Shown piece after piece: positions 20,692 through 30,838 of a stretch of 64,000 nucleotides of DNA; position 1 is the first letter of the stretch; each line of letters starts with the position of its first letter. This DNA is from an uncultured Verrucomicrobiae bacterium. Its GTDB lineage: Bacteria > Verrucomicrobiota > Verrucomicrobiia > Limisphaerales > JAFGQR01. The notes below the pieces were generated by a model that was not told the origin of the DNA, did not search any database, and saw nothing but the letters and a program-made list of their open reading frames with translations. Position numbers and translations under genes: made by a program. The DNA is taken from contig CAWBHS010000072.1 in the NCBI GenBank assembly GCA_963788655.1, positions 192,001-256,000 on the forward strand, given 5' to 3'.

Positions 20692-21233
20692 AATTTAGCC
20701 CAACGTGCCATTTCTGGCGCGCGATGGTGATCAGCGTACCCCCGCCACCATACCCAAGTGTAAGCCGCGACCATCCCGATCCATCCGACGGCCGTCACTG
20801 CGGCGGCAATGCGCGTGTCGTAGATCAGCAGATCCCAGCGATTCAGGATCGTGTTCCAATCGTGGTCGCCACCGCCGACCAGCGGCAATTGCAAAGCCCG
20901 CGCGTCCGCCATGTACCGGGCGATGTTCAACCAGTTCTCGAAGAACCAAATCATCGCGGCCGCCACGGGCAGCGGCTGGTTCTTCCTCCAAAAAGAAACG
21001 GCCAGCGCCACCGGAAAGACCAGTTGGCCGATGGTGCCGCCGTAGGTTTCCAGGCGTTGACTGAAGAATCCGATAAAGACATGCCCGGCTTCGTGGAACA
21101 GCAAGTTGGCATGGTCAACGATAAAGACAAAACCTCGCTCCGATTTGAGCAACAGGACGAAGAAGAGCCCCGCGCCGATGGTGAACCACATCAGCCTTTG
21201 CTTTGTAACCGTTTCCCACTCTTTGCCAGACAT
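20688..21233 (-). CDS. Membrane protein with HExxH motif (M50-like peptidase family)
   Basis: Likely start MSGKEWE. NLLFHEAGH, GGTIGQL, YMADARALQLPLVGGGDHDW; several hydrophobic segments. Confidence 0.7.
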   Translation of the reverse strand: MSGKEWETVTKQRLMWFTIGAGLFFVLLLKSERGFVFIVDHANLLFHEAGHVFIGFFSQRLETYGGTIGQLVFPVALAVSFWRKNQPLPVAAAMIWFFENWLNIARYMADARALQLPLVGGGDHDWNTILNRWDLLIYDTRIAAAVTAVGWIGMVAAYTWVWWRGYADHHRAPEMARWAKF

Positions 21234-21270
21234 AAGCGCGCGCCGCTTGTGGGAGCACATCGCCGGCCAA

Positions 21271-21870
21271 CGTGCTGCCGGCATCTTGCCGGCAGAGCGA
21301 ATGAAACCTGCGGTTTGGGCGGGACAAGACGTAAAGGCGCGCATGCGCATCGAATCACGCGCCGCGGTGGGAGTGCGTCGGGCTTGCCGGCGCTTTTTGG
21401 AAGACGAGCAGGCATTGAGTGTCGAAGGCATGGAGCGATTTAAGCGCCCCCAGTTAATGTGAAAGCGGGAGCAAGCTGCTCGCACTCCAAACGCTGGCGC
21501 GATTTACCGGTCGCCGTTTCGAAGAGGATGCTGGTCCAGAAAATCGAGTGCGGTAGTAATGGCCAGTTCGAGAGCCTCGGCCACGTTCGGTTCTGCCGGC
21601 GGGACGCCGGTAGCACGTTGCTCCAGTGTGCTGCCGGCATCTCGCCGGCGGTTTGGAACAGGGGCTTCGAAAAAGGACCAATGACCAAAACCCAATGACC
21701 AGAGAATGCCCAATGCCCATGGACAAGCTAACCGTCCGGCGGTCGTTTCCTTTCGTCTTGGCGCTTGGGCCTTCGTTGGTCATTGGTCGTTGGTCATTGG
21801 TCATTGTGCAAACGCAAAGCCCCACAGATCTTTGTATCCGCCATTGCATTCGTCTGCCGGCAGCACGTTG
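21271..21870. repeat. Intergenic mosaic of repeat families B (CGTGCTGCCGGCATCTTGCCGGCAG) and C (AAAGCGGGAGCAAGCT..CGCACTCCAAA) plus (AATGACC)n heptamers
   Basis: B at 21271, ~21591-21660 and ~21853. C pair at ~21369-21501. gaccaatgacc/ggtcattggtc tracts at ~21676-21805. Confidence 0.8.
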
Positions 21871-21882
21871 GCAGGCGCCCGC

Positions 21883-23739
21883 CTATTTCACCGGCACAAA
21901 TTTCACGCACACCGGCGCACCCACCCGAAGGATTTGACCAGTCGGAGTCAGGCGGCCAGTCGTCTCGTCGAGGCGGAAAACCACGGCATTGTCGCTGCCC
22001 TGGTTGGCGGCCAGCAGCCAATGGCCGGTGGGGTCGATGCCAAAACCGCGGGGAGTCTTCCCCTGCGTGGAGACGTTCTCGATCCAGCGTAGTCGCCCGG
22101 TCGGTGGGTCCACGGCAAAGACGGCGATGCTGTCATGCCCCCGATTCGAGCCATAGAGAAACTTGCCGGACGGATGCATTTCAATTTCTGCGGTGGTGCT
22201 GTTGTTGCCGGTGAAATCGGGTGGCAGGGTGCTAATGGTCTGGATTTCCTCGAGCGCACCGCGCGACGCGTCGTAACGAAAGGCAGTGATCGTGGAAGCC
22301 ATTTCGCTGATCACATAAGCAAACTTTCCGTCCGGAGAGAAAGTAAAGTGCCGCGGCCCGGAGCCGGGTTTAATGGGCGTAAAGGGTGGATGGTTGGGCG
22401 TGAGCGTTCCTTGCGCCGCGTCCAATCGATAGCTCATCACTTTGTCCAATCCCAGATCGGGCACGAACACGAACCGGTTGGCGGGGTCCGGATAGATGCC
22501 GTGGGCGTGGGGGCCTTTTTGCCGCTGGGGATTTACGCTCGAACCGGCATGCTGGACAAACGCCGTGGCTTCGCCCAGCCGACCGTCCTCCTGGATGGGG
22601 AGCACCGCAATGCTCCCGCCGCCGTAGTTGGCCACCAGCAGACAATGGCCGGAGGCGTCCACGTTCAGATGACAAGGCCCGACGCCGCCGGAGGACTGTT
22701 GGTTCAATTCCGTCAGCTTCCCGGTTTGAGGCGCAATCCGGTAGGCTATGACGCTGCCTTTCTGGGAGCCATTCCAAACTTCGCCGACGGCGTAGAGATA
22801 TTGTTCGTTCGGATGCACCGCCAGGAAGCTTGGGTTCGTCGTTGTGGCGGCCAGTTCGGGTTCAGTCACCTCGCCGGTCTTGGGATCGAGCCGGCTCACG
22901 TAGATGCCTTTGCTCTTGGGGCCGGTGTAAGTGCCGAAATACACCAGGTAATCGCCGGTCGGTGCGGTGGAACTCGTTCCCGTTTCGGCAGTGGCGGTCG
23001 TCCCAGCGGTCGGCTGGGTTTGGGTGGTCCAGGAAACGGCATTGTCCAGGAGGCGAATGAAATTGGGATTGGCAAAATCCTCGGGGACACCCAGTGAAGT
23101 GTAAAACATGCGACCACCGTGATATTCGTGAACCCAGGTGACGGGTTGGGTCGTGCTGGCGTCGATGGTTCCCCGTTGAAGCACCGTGGTGTCTTTGGCC
23201 AGTTCACCCGCTTTGTAGAGCCGGCGGGACGTGAACGGGCCAACGCCCTTGAGCACGGGATGATTGCGTTCAGTGGGCACGTTCGCCACTTGCACCGGTT
23301 CGTTGGCATAGTGGCCCAGGTAATTTCCACCCAAGACTTGGCGGTCGAACACCGCGATATCCGCGGCCTGGAACGCGTGGCTGGCCGTGCGAATGCCCAG
23401 GCACGGTTTGCCCTGGTCCCAATGCTGGCGGATTGGTGGCAAGTATTTCTCATCCAAATTCAGCCGCCGGGCGAAAACGATCAAAAGATCGGCGTCCTTG
23501 ATCTGGTCAGCGTTCGGGAGCACCGTTGCGCCGTCGCTGACCCAGGAACCGGTAACTCGCGCACCAAGTTTGGCTTCCAAATGAGCTGCGTACGTGTGCA
23601 GCGATTGATCCGAGTTGTATTCCTTACAACCGGAAATAATGTGAATTCGCAGGGGTGTCTCACCGGCCAGCACGGCAGCGGCGATCAGCAAAACGGCGCA
23701 CGGAACAACATGCCGAAAGACGTTCATCAAGTTTTTCAT
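21883..23739 (-). CDS. Secreted ThuA-like domain + 6-phosphogluconolactonase (Pgl/YbhE beta-propeller) fusion
   Basis: Signal peptide, then GIRTASHAF...GRMFYTSLG (ThuA-like), a Thr-rich linker, then VYFGTYT...NPSFLA...ANYGGG...PHAH...GSGPRH...SNRGHDSI...TPRGF. Confidence 0.85.
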   Translation of the reverse strand: MKNLMNVFRHVVPCAVLLIAAAVLAGETPLRIHIISGCKEYNSDQSLHTYAAHLEAKLGARVTGSWVSDGATVLPNADQIKDADLLIVFARRLNLDEKYLPPIRQHWDQGKPCLGIRTASHAFQAADIAVFDRQVLGGNYLGHYANEPVQVANVPTERNHPVLKGVGPFTSRRLYKAGELAKDTTVLQRGTIDASTTQPVTWVHEYHGGRMFYTSLGVPEDFANPNFIRLLDNAVSWTTQTQPTAGTTATAETGTSSTAPTGDYLVYFGTYTGPKSKGIYVSRLDPKTGEVTEPELAATTTNPSFLAVHPNEQYLYAVGEVWNGSQKGSVIAYRIAPQTGKLTELNQQSSGGVGPCHLNVDASGHCLLVANYGGGSIAVLPIQEDGRLGEATAFVQHAGSSVNPQRQKGPHAHGIYPDPANRFVFVPDLGLDKVMSYRLDAAQGTLTPNHPPFTPIKPGSGPRHFTFSPDGKFAYVISEMASTITAFRYDASRGALEEIQTISTLPPDFTGNNSTTAEIEMHPSGKFLYGSNRGHDSIAVFAVDPPTGRLRWIENVSTQGKTPRGFGIDPTGHWLLAANQGSDNAVVFRLDETTGRLTPTGQILRVGAPVCVKFVPVK

Positions 23740-24133
23740 GGTGTTGAGTGTATCTGGTTTCAGGACCGGCGCTTGCGGGCGCCGGTTCCTGACGATTAAT
23801 TCAGGACGATGCGGCCCAAGGGAATCTTCAATTCCATTAAAGACACAAATGCTGCAATCGCTGACCTGCGGTTGCGCCGACTGGGAATCCGCTCGAAAAA
23901 ACTTTTCCCAAGGAACTCTTTTTATTCGTGACATTTTGCGGGCATTCGTTCTTCAATGCCCCATCGCTACGATTCATGTCACGCGTACCTGCCATGTTGC
24001 TAACGTGGTCCCGGGCCTTCGAGTGTCCGCGAGAAACGGTTTCCTGGTTACGCGCCAAAACAAGGGGGCCGAGGAGCCTGGTTGGTCCACTACTTCCCGA
24101 TGGCGATTGACCGTAGCTGGGCAGATGCACGCT

Positions 24134-26398
24134 ATGTCTGAAGAAAATACGGAGATTTTCTCGAACCGCCCGTTACACGTTCTGATGGTGGAGGACAAGC
24201 CGGCGGACGCGGAACAGGTGCTGGCCGAATTGAAAAGTGCTGGTTTCAATGTCCAGGCCGATTTGGTGCAAACGACCCATGAGTTTTGCGCCCGTCTGGC
24301 TGCCAAGACCTATCAAGTGGTTCTGGCCAATTACCGTCTGCCGAATTGCACCGGGTTGGATTTGCTCGAATTGTTGCAGCAGATGGAGAAACCGATCCCC
24401 TTCATCCTGGTTGCCGGCCTCCAGGACGAAACCCTGGCCATCGAGTGTCTTCGGAAAGGCGCGTATGATTACGTGCAAAAGGAACGCCTGGGGCGCTTGC
24501 CGGTGATCGTGCAGCGCGCCATCGAAGCGCGCCGGTTGCGCGAGGAGCGCAATCACATTCGCGAACGCGCCCGGGAGTATGAGAAACGCTACCAACGCTT
24601 GGCCGAGTTGACCCCCGACCCGCTGTTCATTGTGAGCGAAGACAAGCTGGCGTTTGTCAATACGTCCGGCGTCGAGTTGCTGGGCGCCGATTCGCCGGAT
24701 CAACTGGTGGGCAAACCGGCGTTGACCCTGGTGCATCCGGACAACCGCATGGCCGCCCTGGAACGGTTGGATGCCTTGAGCGGTCGGGCCGAGGTGGTCG
24801 TGTTCAACGAGAAATTGGTGCGGTTGGACGGGCAGGCCCTGGAAGTGCGGGTGGCGGCCACCGGACTCGAGTATCACGACCAGCCGGCCGTGCAATTGGT
24901 GGCCCGGGACATTTCGGAGCGCAAGCGGGTGGATGAGGCCATCAAGTCGCTGTCCGCGTTCGCCGAATTGAATCCCAATCCCGTGTTGGAATTCGTCCGG
25001 GACGGAAACCTCACGTATTCCAACCACGCCGCGTTGCAAATGGCCCAGTCGCTGGGCAAGGATCATCCGCGCGCCATGCTGCCGGCGGAGACGGTGTCCA
25101 TGGTGCAGATGTGCCTGACGACCGGCCAGAGCAAACTCCGCATGGAAACGTCCATCGGCGGGCGGACGTTTTCCTGGTCATTCTTCCCAGTACAACAAAA
25201 CCAGGTAGTGCATTGTTATGTCACGGATATCACGGAGCAATTGAGTCTGGAAGCCCAACTACGCCACGCGCAAAAGCTCGAGTCCGTGGGCCGGTTGGCG
25301 GCGGGCGTGGCGCATGATTTCAACAACATCCTCACCGTCATCCAGGGACACACGGGGCTGTTGCGATCCATGCCGGAACTACGACCGGAGATGGCCGAAT
25401 CCTTGCAGGCGGTTTCCCGCGCCGCCGAACGGGCCGGCAAGCTGACCAGCCAGTTGCTCACCTTCAGCCGCAAGAACGTGATCCAGCCGCGCCGGCTGAA
25501 TTTGAACGAATTGCTGACCAACGCCAGCACCCTGCTGTATCGCGCGCTGGGCGAGGACATCACGTTTCAGTTCGATTATTCGCCCCACCTGACCCCGGTT
25601 TTTGCTGATCCCGGCATGATCGAACAGGCCATTATGAATCTGGCCGTCAATGCCCGCGACGCGATGCCCCAGGGCGGCCAATTGCTGATCAGTACGTCCA
25701 TGGTGGACATTGACAACGTCTATGTTCACCAGCACGCCGAAGCGCGCGGCGGGCGTTTTGTCTGCCTCACGTTTATTGACACCGGCAACGGCATGGATGC
25801 GGACACGCTGGGGCGGTTGTTCGAGCCCTTCTTCACCACCAAGGAAACGCAGCACAGCTCCGGGCTCGGCCTGGCGACGGTGTATGCGATTGTCAAACGG
25901 CACCAGGGCTGGATGGAAGTGCAAAGCCAGGAAGGACGCGGTTCCACGTTCAAAGTGTTTTTGCCGCCGTATGACCAGGTGTCCGAACAGATGTTGGTTT
26001 CGGCGGACGAGAATGAGCCGCGGGGTGGGACCGAAACGATTCTGGTGGTGGAAGACGAGCCGCCGGTCCGGTGGACGGTGAAAAACATTCTCGAGAATTA
26101 CGGTTATCGGATCCTGGAAGCGGCGACCGGTGTCGATGCGCTGGCCATCTGGCATCAGCACCATAACGAAATCGCCTTGTTGTTGACCGACATGGTGATG
26201 CCGGCGGGATTGAGCGGCCAGGAACTGGCGGACAAATTCAAAGCGCAAAAATCTGATCTCCGGATTATTTACACCAGCGGATACAGCGTGGAGATCGCCG
26301 GCCGCGGACTGAGTGAGTTGGACGGGATTAGCTTTTTGCAGAAGCCGTACGACGCCAAAACGCTGGCGCGCGCCGTGCGTAAATGCTTGGACAGTTAG
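24134..26398 (+). CDS. Hybrid sensor kinase REC-PAS-HisKA-HATPase-REC
   Basis: Likely start MSEENTE. QKLESVGRLAAGVAHDFNN, NLAVNARDAM, DTGNGM, FEPFFTTK, GLGLA, then C-terminal ILVVEDE...LLTDMVMP...LQKP. Confidence 0.92.
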   Translation: MSEENTEIFSNRPLHVLMVEDKPADAEQVLAELKSAGFNVQADLVQTTHEFCARLAAKTYQVVLANYRLPNCTGLDLLELLQQMEKPIPFILVAGLQDETLAIECLRKGAYDYVQKERLGRLPVIVQRAIEARRLREERNHIRERAREYEKRYQRLAELTPDPLFIVSEDKLAFVNTSGVELLGADSPDQLVGKPALTLVHPDNRMAALERLDALSGRAEVVVFNEKLVRLDGQALEVRVAATGLEYHDQPAVQLVARDISERKRVDEAIKSLSAFAELNPNPVLEFVRDGNLTYSNHAALQMAQSLGKDHPRAMLPAETVSMVQMCLTTGQSKLRMETSIGGRTFSWSFFPVQQNQVVHCYVTDITEQLSLEAQLRHAQKLESVGRLAAGVAHDFNNILTVIQGHTGLLRSMPELRPEMAESLQAVSRAAERAGKLTSQLLTFSRKNVIQPRRLNLNELLTNASTLLYRALGEDITFQFDYSPHLTPVFADPGMIEQAIMNLAVNARDAMPQGGQLLISTSMVDIDNVYVHQHAEARGGRFVCLTFIDTGNGMDADTLGRLFEPFFTTKETQHSSGLGLATVYAIVKRHQGWMEVQSQEGRGSTFKVFLPPYDQVSEQMLVSADENEPRGGTETILVVEDEPPVRWTVKNILENYGYRILEAATGVDALAIWHQHHNEIALLLTDMVMPAGLSGQELADKFKAQKSDLRIIYTSGYSVEIAGRGLSELDGISFLQKPYDAKTLARAVRKCLDS

Positions 26399-26481
26399 GT
26401 GGCCATTTTCCGGGCTGATTTCCGGAAGAATGTTCCGGTTTTGCCTGTTGTCTTTGGCCCGTGATGATACGCTTTTGTTGA

Positions 26482-27351
26482 ATGCAGGACCAAATCAAAG
26501 CTGATGCTTGGCTGGAAACCCCGGATGGCGTCGAGGCCCCGATCTTGGGCGCTTGTTTTATTGGACGGGGGATCGTCAACAACCTGGTGCTGCCGGACAA
26601 TCGGGTTTCGGCCCGCCACGCCATGGTCCATTCGCCGGTGACGGGGGAATACTGGCTGATCGATTTGGGTAGCCGCAACGGCACTTATGTCAATGGCCGG
26701 CGGGTCAGCCAGCCCGTGCGTTTGCAGGACAACGATCAAATCGATTTTCCCGGGTGCCGCTTGATCTTTCGGCATCTGCACCAAGCCGGCCTCATCAATC
26801 AGGGCACGACGGCGACCGCGGAGAAGACCATTCAAGACATCAAGAATCTCAATTGCTGGCTGATGGTGGCCGACATCGAGGAATATACGCAGTTCATCCA
26901 ACGGAGCACGCCGGTCGAGGTGGCCACGGTGACCGGCAATTGGCTGGCCGCGTGCAAACGCCTCATTGAAGATCAGGGAGGGGTAGTCAATAAGACGTTG
27001 GGGGATGGCTTCCTGGCCTATTGGGTTGACCGGAACGATACGGATGCGCACGTGACCAAAGTGTTGCTCAACTTGAAACAACAACAAGCCAAAGAAGCGC
27101 CGCGGTTCCGCGTCGTAGCGCACTACGGCAAAGTTTTTCTGGGCGGGTCCGGCGCGCCGGGCGAGGAAAGCTTGCTGGGTGCGGAAGTGAATTTCGTGTT
27201 CCGCATGGAGAAGCTGGCCAGCAGCCTGTGCGTTCACAACCTGCTGAGTGAACGAGCTTGGCAACTTCTGAAATCACATCTGCCCACCGAGGAGGAATGC
27301 CGCCATGCCCTGGCGGGATTCGACGGTGATTTCCAGTTCTACACGTATTGA
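26482..27351 (+). CDS. FHA domain + class III adenylate/guanylate cyclase
   Basis: FHA motifs IGR...VSARHA...DLGSRNGTYVNG; cyclase motifs ADIEEYT, KTLGDG, GAEVNFVFRME. Confidence 0.88.
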   Translation: MQDQIKADAWLETPDGVEAPILGACFIGRGIVNNLVLPDNRVSARHAMVHSPVTGEYWLIDLGSRNGTYVNGRRVSQPVRLQDNDQIDFPGCRLIFRHLHQAGLINQGTTATAEKTIQDIKNLNCWLMVADIEEYTQFIQRSTPVEVATVTGNWLAACKRLIEDQGGVVNKTLGDGFLAYWVDRNDTDAHVTKVLLNLKQQQAKEAPRFRVVAHYGKVFLGGSGAPGEESLLGAEVNFVFRMEKLASSLCVHNLLSERAWQLLKSHLPTEEECRHALAGFDGDFQFYTY

Positions 27352-27428
27352 CCCGTGGCAGCGGACGTGAGTCCGCTCACTTTTCCGATCTGAGAATCTT
27401 CGGGGCATTCTCTCCACCACCGCTTGCG

Positions 27429-29398
27429 TTAGGGCTGCTTTGTGAAAGGCGCAATCTTGATCAGCACCGCGCCGTGCCGCGGTACTTCGGCGGCGAATTG
27501 GCTCGAAGCCGCCCCCAAGTTTTTCTGGCGCCAGAGATCACGGACCTGTTGCTGGCCGTTCACGCTAACTTGGTCCCATCGAGCGGCGACTTGCGTCGGG
27601 AACTCTCCGCGGTTGAACAATCCCACGGCTTTGCTGCCGTCTTCCAGGTCTTTGACCATGAGAAACGTCTTGTCGGCGTCAGTTGGACCACCCGCGCCGA
27701 CTGGCCGAGCGGGTCCTGGTCCACGTCGATGACCTCCGGGTTGCAGAGCACGTTCAGAGTGAACTCATCGAGGTGGCTCATGTCGCCACTGTAGAAAGAG
27801 CGGCGCGGCCATCAGGCTCCAGAGTGACATGAAAGCATACTGCTCGCTGGGCGTGAGCGGACAGGGCTGCAGTTTGCCCATGCCGCGGGCGTTGCCGATG
27901 TAGCCGATTTGGATGTAGTCCGGATCGTTCCAACTGCCCGGCCGGGAATAGGCGCGATGCTCGGCGTTCTTCAGGGCCACTTCGAAGATGCGATTCAATT
28001 CAAAGCCCAGGTCGCCGGCCGTGCGCCAGCATTGGCCGCCCACCTCGGCGCCCCATTCCCAGACGTTGCCCATGCCGTACTGGCAAGGTTGAGAACGATG
28101 TCGCGGTCCTGCTGCTTGAGCAGTCACCCATGAGTTGGTAGGGCTTTTTCAAAGCGGCACAGACTTTGGTCGCCCTGCACCACGCGGCCGTAGGAGCACC
28201 AGTCGTATTTCAGGAAATCAAAACCCCACTCGGCATACTGCCGGGCGTCCTGTTCCTCGTGCTGGTAAGTGCCGGCAAATCCCGCGCACGTGAACGGTCC
28301 GGGCGACGTGTAAAGCCCGGCCTTGAGTCCCTTGGCGTGGATGTAATCCGCCAGCCCTTTCATGTCGGGAAAGTGCCGGTTTGGCAGCATGTTGCCCTGT
28401 TCGTCACGCAACGGACCGACCCGCTGGGGATCATCATTCTTGGGCGCGTTCATCCAGCAATCGTCGATGTTCACATATTGATAGCCTACATCGGCCATGC
28501 CGCTGCTGACCATGGCGTCGGCGGCTTCACGCATCATTTTGTCGGTGATCCGATCGTAGTGGGCATACCAATGATTCCAGCCCATCGGCGGCGTGAGGGC
28601 GAGCGTGTCACCGGAAACGATTTTGAACGAACGGGAACTCGCGCCGTGCTGGTTCTTGGCGCTCAGCGTGACCAGGTATTCGCCCCGCGCCGGCGCCGTG
28701 CCGGTGATGATGCCCGTGGTCGCACCAACAGCCAGGCTGGCGGGCAAGTTTTCCGCCGTCCAGATCATCGGGCGTTCGCCGGTGGTGGGAATGCGATAAA
28801 TGAAGGGATGGCCTGGACGGCAGCCATAGACTTTGGGGCCGTTGATCCGCGGTTCAGGCCCCGGTTTCGGAGTGAGGATGACCGGCTCTTCGCCGGGCGC
28901 AAAGACGGACTTGGGTTTCGCTCCGGTGTAAATGAACCGCGCATCGGCCCAATTGGCGTGGTCGTAGTTGACGTTGTCGCCGGCATCGCCCACCAGCAAC
29001 AGGAGCGTTTGCACGCCTTTGAGATCCAGATCCACGGTCTTGGCGGCCTCACCGGATTTCATCACGCGGGACTGCCACAACGTTTTGCCGTCGCCCACAA
29101 TTATGAAGTCGATCGACGCCGGGCCACCCGCAGCGTCATCCACTCCGACCGACGCCAGGAACCGCTCGGTGCTGCCGCCTAGTTCGATCCACAACCGGCT
29201 GTTCGCGTGCGTGCCGACGCCATGCTCGAATTTTTGACCGGCAATCGACAGTGGTTTTTCACGAATGGAACGATTGATCTGGGGCTGCCCCCAACCTTGT
29301 CGCATTTTGCTCAAGTCAAGGTCAGTGAGCCAGACAGTTTCCGCCGCCGAACACATCACGGCAGCGCACAAGATGGAGGTGACGACTAAAGGCTTCAT
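27429..29398 (-). CDS. GH27 alpha-galactosidase with NPCBM domain; ~5 frameshifts between ~27670 and ~28160
   Basis: Signal MKPLVVTSILCAAV; NPCBM (GVGTHA...DHANWADA); LALTPPMGWN, NIDDCW, DFLKYDWC, WRTAGD, WNDPD, VGLFNRG spread over several frames. Sequencing errors or incipient pseudogene. Confidence 0.82.
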
Positions 29399-29643
29399 GC
29401 GAATGTGAGAATTGCAGGAAACTGGAGGCGTGCAAGCCGGGAATTGGATGGAGAATAGGATGGGGCGGGTTGGGGAGTGGTTGAAGGGTTGAAGCGCTGG
29501 AGAAGTGCGGAGTTGAAGTGGTTTGTGTTCGAGTATAGCGACATTGTCAAATTCACTCCGACTAGTTGAGGTGTGTTCCCACCCGTGTCTCCTCCGCAAC
29601 TCAAATGCCGATGAGCGCGATTTTGGAACGGTTTGCAGTGGCT

Positions 29644-29786
29644 CGCGCGAGCGTTTGGAACGTCCGGCTTGCCGGCGCTTTCGGATGGAGGAGCGGCGGT
29701 CAAATTATCGCGTGCGCGGCCTTGGCTCTCTCGCCCCGTATCAAACGAAAGCGGGAGCAAGCTCCGCGCACTCCAAACGCTTCGCG
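29644..29786. repeat. REP-like palindrome family C
   Basis: cgcgagcgtttggaacg...aaagcgggagcaagctccgcgcactccaaacgcttcgcg; related copies at 21369-21501 and 35462-35610. Confidence 0.75.
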
Positions 29787-29940
29787 ATTCTCGGAACTGT
29801 AGGAGAAGACGTCAGAACTCTCCCACTTTTTGGATGGTGACACTCTTGCAGGCCGTGAGAAAATGCCGTTGCAATGGGGTTCCTTGGTTGTCTCACTCCA
29901 TCCTTGCGCCCGCGGGCCTTCTCAGGTTCTATTCGCGGGC

Positions 29941-30639
29941 ATGAAAAGCCAGCTAAAATCAATCCCGGCCATTGCTTTGCTCGTGGCGGCATTGGCCACT
30001 TCCTGCAGTTCCCCCCAAACACCCCAGCGCCAAGTGCTGCGCGCGGGCACTCCCGCAGCACCCACGCGCGTGGCCTGTGTGGGCGACAGCATTACGTATG
30101 GGTCTGGAATTGTGGGCCGCGAAACAAACAGTTACCCGGCCGTGCTGGACCGCTTGCTGGGCGAGCAATACGAGGTGCGCAATTTTGGCGTGGGTGGCGC
30201 CACCTTGCTCAAGCAGGGCGACAAACCGTATTGGACGCAAGCGGCGTATCTGGAAGTTGGCGCTTTCGCCCCGCAAGCGATCATTATCAAGCTCGGCACC
30301 AACGATTCGAAGCCGCAAAACTGGCGGCACAAAGGCGATTTCGCATCCGATCTGGAGGCGATGATTGACACCTTCCGCCGTCTGCCATCGCATCCGCAAA
30401 TCTGGTTGTGCCTGCCGGTGCCGGTTTATGAAACGCGATGGGGCATCAACGAAGCCACGGTCCGGGGCGAGATCATTCCGCTCATCGAAAAAGTCGCTGA
30501 CGACAAGGATGTTCCCGTCATCGACCTCTATGATGCCTTGAGCGATCATCCGGAGATGTTCTCGGATAAAATCCACCCCAACGCCACCGGCGCCAAGTTT
30601 ATGGCTGAAGTCGTGGCTGCTGCCGTGGCCGGGAAGTGA
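29941..30639 (+). CDS. SGNH/GDSL esterase, probable lipoprotein
   Basis: Lipobox-like LATS-C; GDSITYG, NFGVGG, LGTND, DKIHPN. Confidence 0.9.
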   Translation: MKSQLKSIPAIALLVAALATSCSSPQTPQRQVLRAGTPAAPTRVACVGDSITYGSGIVGRETNSYPAVLDRLLGEQYEVRNFGVGGATLLKQGDKPYWTQAAYLEVGAFAPQAIIIKLGTNDSKPQNWRHKGDFASDLEAMIDTFRRLPSHPQIWLCLPVPVYETRWGINEATVRGEIIPLIEKVADDKDVPVIDLYDALSDHPEMFSDKIHPNATGAKFMAEVVAAAVAGK

Positions 30640-30684
30640 GTTGACCGGACGCTCCACCGTTGGGCGTGATGCGCTTACGAAATC

Positions 30685-30799
30685 GTAGCACAGCGTCCCG
30701 CCTGTCTCGAATGTCCATTGTATGCCGACTGAAAAACAAACGCACGCTGGTCCGAGGATGGTATTGGAAGATTCGAGACAGACGGGACGGCTGTCCTAC
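30685..30799. repeat. REP-like palindrome family D (GTAGGACAGGCGTCCCGCCTGTC)
   Basis: gtagcacagcgtcccgcctgtctcgaat...attcgagacagacgggacggctgtcctac; related copies near 35680-35789 and inside pbpC. Confidence 0.8.
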
Positions 30800-30838
30800 A
30801 GGATTGCGGCCCGGCGCGGGGAGGTATTCGATCCAATG

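Noticed and set aside
23738..24133. Long N-terminal extension of the hybrid kinase (and similar extensions of dapL, GH27, pbpC, the lactonase and ORF 20688-21485)
   Set aside because: Upstream in-frame starts run through intergenic or repeat DNA; domain homology begins at downstream ATGs.
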